A DNA stretch of 60,129 nt, the filler included, from Globobulimina sp. (taxonomy: Eukaryota): assembly GCA_003354225.1 (NCBI GenBank). It is 13 parts of 13 records of this genome, joined end to end, with 100 filler letters (N's around TTAATTAATTAA, not from the genome) between each part and the next. Parts side by side here need not be neighbours in the genome. Positions count along the whole stretch, not along the records: positions 55,603 to 60,129 come from PIVH01001163.1; 12 more parts are not named here. One strand, written 5' to 3'. Below the pieces are notes generated by a model. It worked only from the letters and a program-made list of their open reading frames with translations, ran no database searches and was not told the origin of the DNA. The position numbers were made by a program, and so were the translations under genes. Position 1 is the stretch's first letter, and every line of letters starts with the position of its first letter. Shown here one piece after another: positions 57,410-60,129 of the stretch.

Positions 57410-59384
57410 ATGGCAACAACCACCCTATTCACAACAGAAGCACCCGACTATTACGACCACGTTTATTATAGTTTACCACTGTTAGCACCTTTAGTATATC
57501 TCGCCGTATTTGTATTGTCATTCCTCATCCTCGCACTTTACGCCATATTCAAATTACGAAGTGATGATTTCCCCATTAACTGTTCTTTAGGCAACTGGTT
57601 TGGATTAATATTCGATTCCGGCAAGATTTACCTTCACGCCATCATCCATACAGCAGACACCGTCTCCGACTTAGCAGTCATTCTTCAATTCTATCGGTTA
57701 GCATACAGAGAACACAACGAACCGGGCTTCAACGTCGAAGGTTTAGATATGTTGGGCTTATTTATCGGCACTGTCGGCTGCTTATTAGTATACCGCTTAT
57801 TTACTGCATATCACTTCTTTTACATCGCCGGTGGCTCAGTCTTATTATTCCTACTCCAATTCGCAGATTTTGGCGTCTATTTATCCATATACTTAGCCTG
57901 GAAATTGAACAGAACAGAGCCTATCTTCTGGCAGGACTATATCACGCACGTCGAGGCATTATTTGAGTGTATGTAATTTGTATACCCCTAAAATCGCACA
58001 GATGAGCCGCACACAACACGTACAAACACACATATACACATCAGCCATCCCACAGATTCTAATCCAATCACAATTTGTGCTGCGGACAGGACAAGACATA
58101 AACAACACCATTGTGGTCGCCTCCATCGTAATCGCGTTTGTATCCGTAGTAACACGTTTTGTCAAATCCGATTTTCCATTTATAAACCGGGACTGCCATC
58201 ACATATTACTAACAAACCCAGAAACGGACACGCTCCGCGCACCCTATATATCGTGGAAATGGTTCGCCATTTACGCGCTGCGCCTCTGCGACATCCTGAC
58301 TCGCTTAGTCTGTGGCGTATTTGTGTGGGCCGTGTTGGGTTTCATCCCTTTGGCAGTGGTCTTGACTGTCACTATGGTGATATCGCAGCGTTTCTTATGG
58401 AAAACGAGATCGCAACGTTTTTTGTTTTGGTTTGTGGCCGTTCCCATCGAATGCATTGTGCCCGGAAAGCGTAAGCATATTTACTTTCGTTGTTTAGGCA
58501 ATTGGACCTATTTAACAATTGTCACCGTGTACTCCTACATCGACGCGTGGTGTTTGACCTGTACCTCTGCGGAGAATAGAAACAACCAACTCAACCCCGA
58601 TAAAATTGTATGGTCCTTGGGCTATTTGTACTTATTTATTGGTTGGCTCTGTAGCTTTTTATCACCATTGCTATGGTTCACTGTAGTGCCCACATTGTAT
58701 ATTGGCAAGAAACCGACGCCCGAGGCCCGCAGGGAAGAGATCATGGCTTTGCCGCGCATGTTTTATAGGAAAAGAGGCTGTTACAAAGCGACTGTAACAC
58801 CGCTGCATTTTGCAGTGCATCGCAAGTTTACGGAGCAGATCAAAGATATGCTGCGGAGAGGGGAGGTGGACATTAATACGATTCGGATTTCGGGCGCGAC
58901 TGCCTTGCATTCTGCAGTGGGCCGTTCGTTGCGCGATGTGGTGGAGATACTGTTGCAGTATGGCGCGGATGCAAGCATTCCAAAGAAGGAAATGTGGTAT
59001 TTTCGCTGTTGTATGCCGTGGAAATGGTGTGGCAGGAACTGGTACGAAGGGAAAACTGCATTGGAAATTGCACGGTATAAAGTTGAGCAGGAAATGGAAT
59101 TGAATGATGGGAAGGAGTTGGATGATGAACATCGGTACAGACAGGTTTTGGAGTTGTTGGAGAATCCGCCGCCGTTAGTAACTGATGGGGACGCTGTTGG
59201 TGGAGGTGGGAGGACGCAGATTGTAGCAGCGGAGACGGGGACTGATGGGTTAAAGGTGGATAATGAAATTGAAGTTGCGTTGGTGGTTAAAAGTAATACG
59301 CAGGTTCTTGGGAATTCGGAAGAGGCGTTGATGGATGATATGGTTATGGATGATGCGGATGCGGAGGAGAGAGATCTTCAATAA
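57410..59384 (+). CDS. XK-related (Xkr scramblase family) membrane protein fused to ankyrin repeats; intron 57969-58044
   Basis: DTVSDL, EALFE|SIPQILIQ (ExxxExxPQ), S....FVSVV, LRLCDILTRL; ankyrin TPLHFAV, TALHSAV...LLQYGAD, GKTALEIA. Confidence 0.8.
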
Positions 59385-59578
59385 TGAAATGTAAAGTATT
59401 TTGGTTTGTTTTTTGTTTGCAACTTTTGTAATTAACTTTTTTCGCTTAGTTTCGTTTAACGTCTTTCGTTTCAACGATTAGCAAGGTTTTCAACTTCGAA
59501 TGCTAATATTTAATGGCCTCCTTTATCTTCCCAACTGATTTAGTCTGATTATCTTTAGGCACAGAAACAACGGGCAGT

Positions 59579-60058
59579 ATGCTACGTGTTTTATTGTTTG
59601 GAAATGTTAAATTATTTTCATTTTGGATTTATAGCTCATTTAAATTATTGACTGAGTTGCCAGTGGAATTGAGGGACTCCAAAGCATTGGCAAAACGCAT
59701 GGCAAATGGACAAGAATTTATTGTGAATGTAAATAAATCACTAATAAGCAAATATAACAATGGTATGAATCAACTTGGTATTGAATTAAAATCTTTACAC
59801 AATGGACGTCCATTATCTTTTAAAATGCGTCAAATTCAATTTTTTATGCTCCGGATGCTGGTAATTCTGACAGCTTTTAGTTCCTATCCATTGATGAGTT
59901 TTGTAATTAGTTTATTACAATTTATCCCCCTGGAAAATATTACGAAGTTATTTTCTCTCTGGGGTTTTGTAAGAGTTATTGTAGAGCTAGCTGCTTTTAT
60001 TGGAAGGGAGGGGAGGGGAGGGGAAGGGAGGGACAAAAAGTTCTTTAAAAAGTGTTGA
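59579..60058 (+). other. Possible degenerate membrane-protein gene fragment
   Basis: 159-aa ORF with hydrophobic stretches running into a GGGAG microsatellite; no recognisable motif. Confidence 0.25.
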
Positions 60059-60129
60059 CGTTTTACAATGTTGTGCCACAAAGTAAAATAAGGAATCCTA
60101 TTGAGACAAACAATTCTAGATTGGTGATA

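Noticed and set aside
1-60129. rRNA or tRNA genes
   Set aside because: No recognisable rRNA motif or cloverleaf seen by eye; tRNAscan-SE or Infernal would be needed to exclude them formally.

Overview
This window is not one locus. It is 13 unrelated contigs of about 4.5 kb (4536 down to 4527 nt, sorted by length) joined by artificial 100-nt linkers (44 N + TTAATTAATTAA + 44 N), so adjacency across linkers means nothing. Nearly all the sequence is a compact, AT-rich eukaryotic genome using the standard code, with 50-110 nt GT-AG introns, Pro/Thr-repeat surface proteins and very short intergenic spacers. The style suggests a protist, possibly a foraminiferan (inference). Recognisable genes: cysteine synthase, ERG8-type phosphomevalonate kinase, Rpt4/PSMC6, a RagA-like GTPase, an ACSF3-like acyl-CoA ligase, a HAD_SAK domain protein, a Dispatched/RND transporter, a PIWI-clade Argonaute, a THTPA-like CYTH enzyme, an XK-ankyrin protein, a kinase, EF-hand and HMG proteins. 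Mobile DNA: one decayed APE-RT-RNase H LINE and three small terminal-inverted-repeat (MITE-like) families. The most notable items are a 4-exon PIWI with an intact-looking MID pocket but a degenerate slicer tetrad, lying between a variant CYTH triphosphatase and a purple acid phosphatase; a bacterial histidine kinase fragment fused by microhomology to a eukaryotic gene; a dead NUMOD4 homing-endonuclease fragment; and several unusual domain fusions. I cannot demonstrate a new multi-gene system from this sequence.
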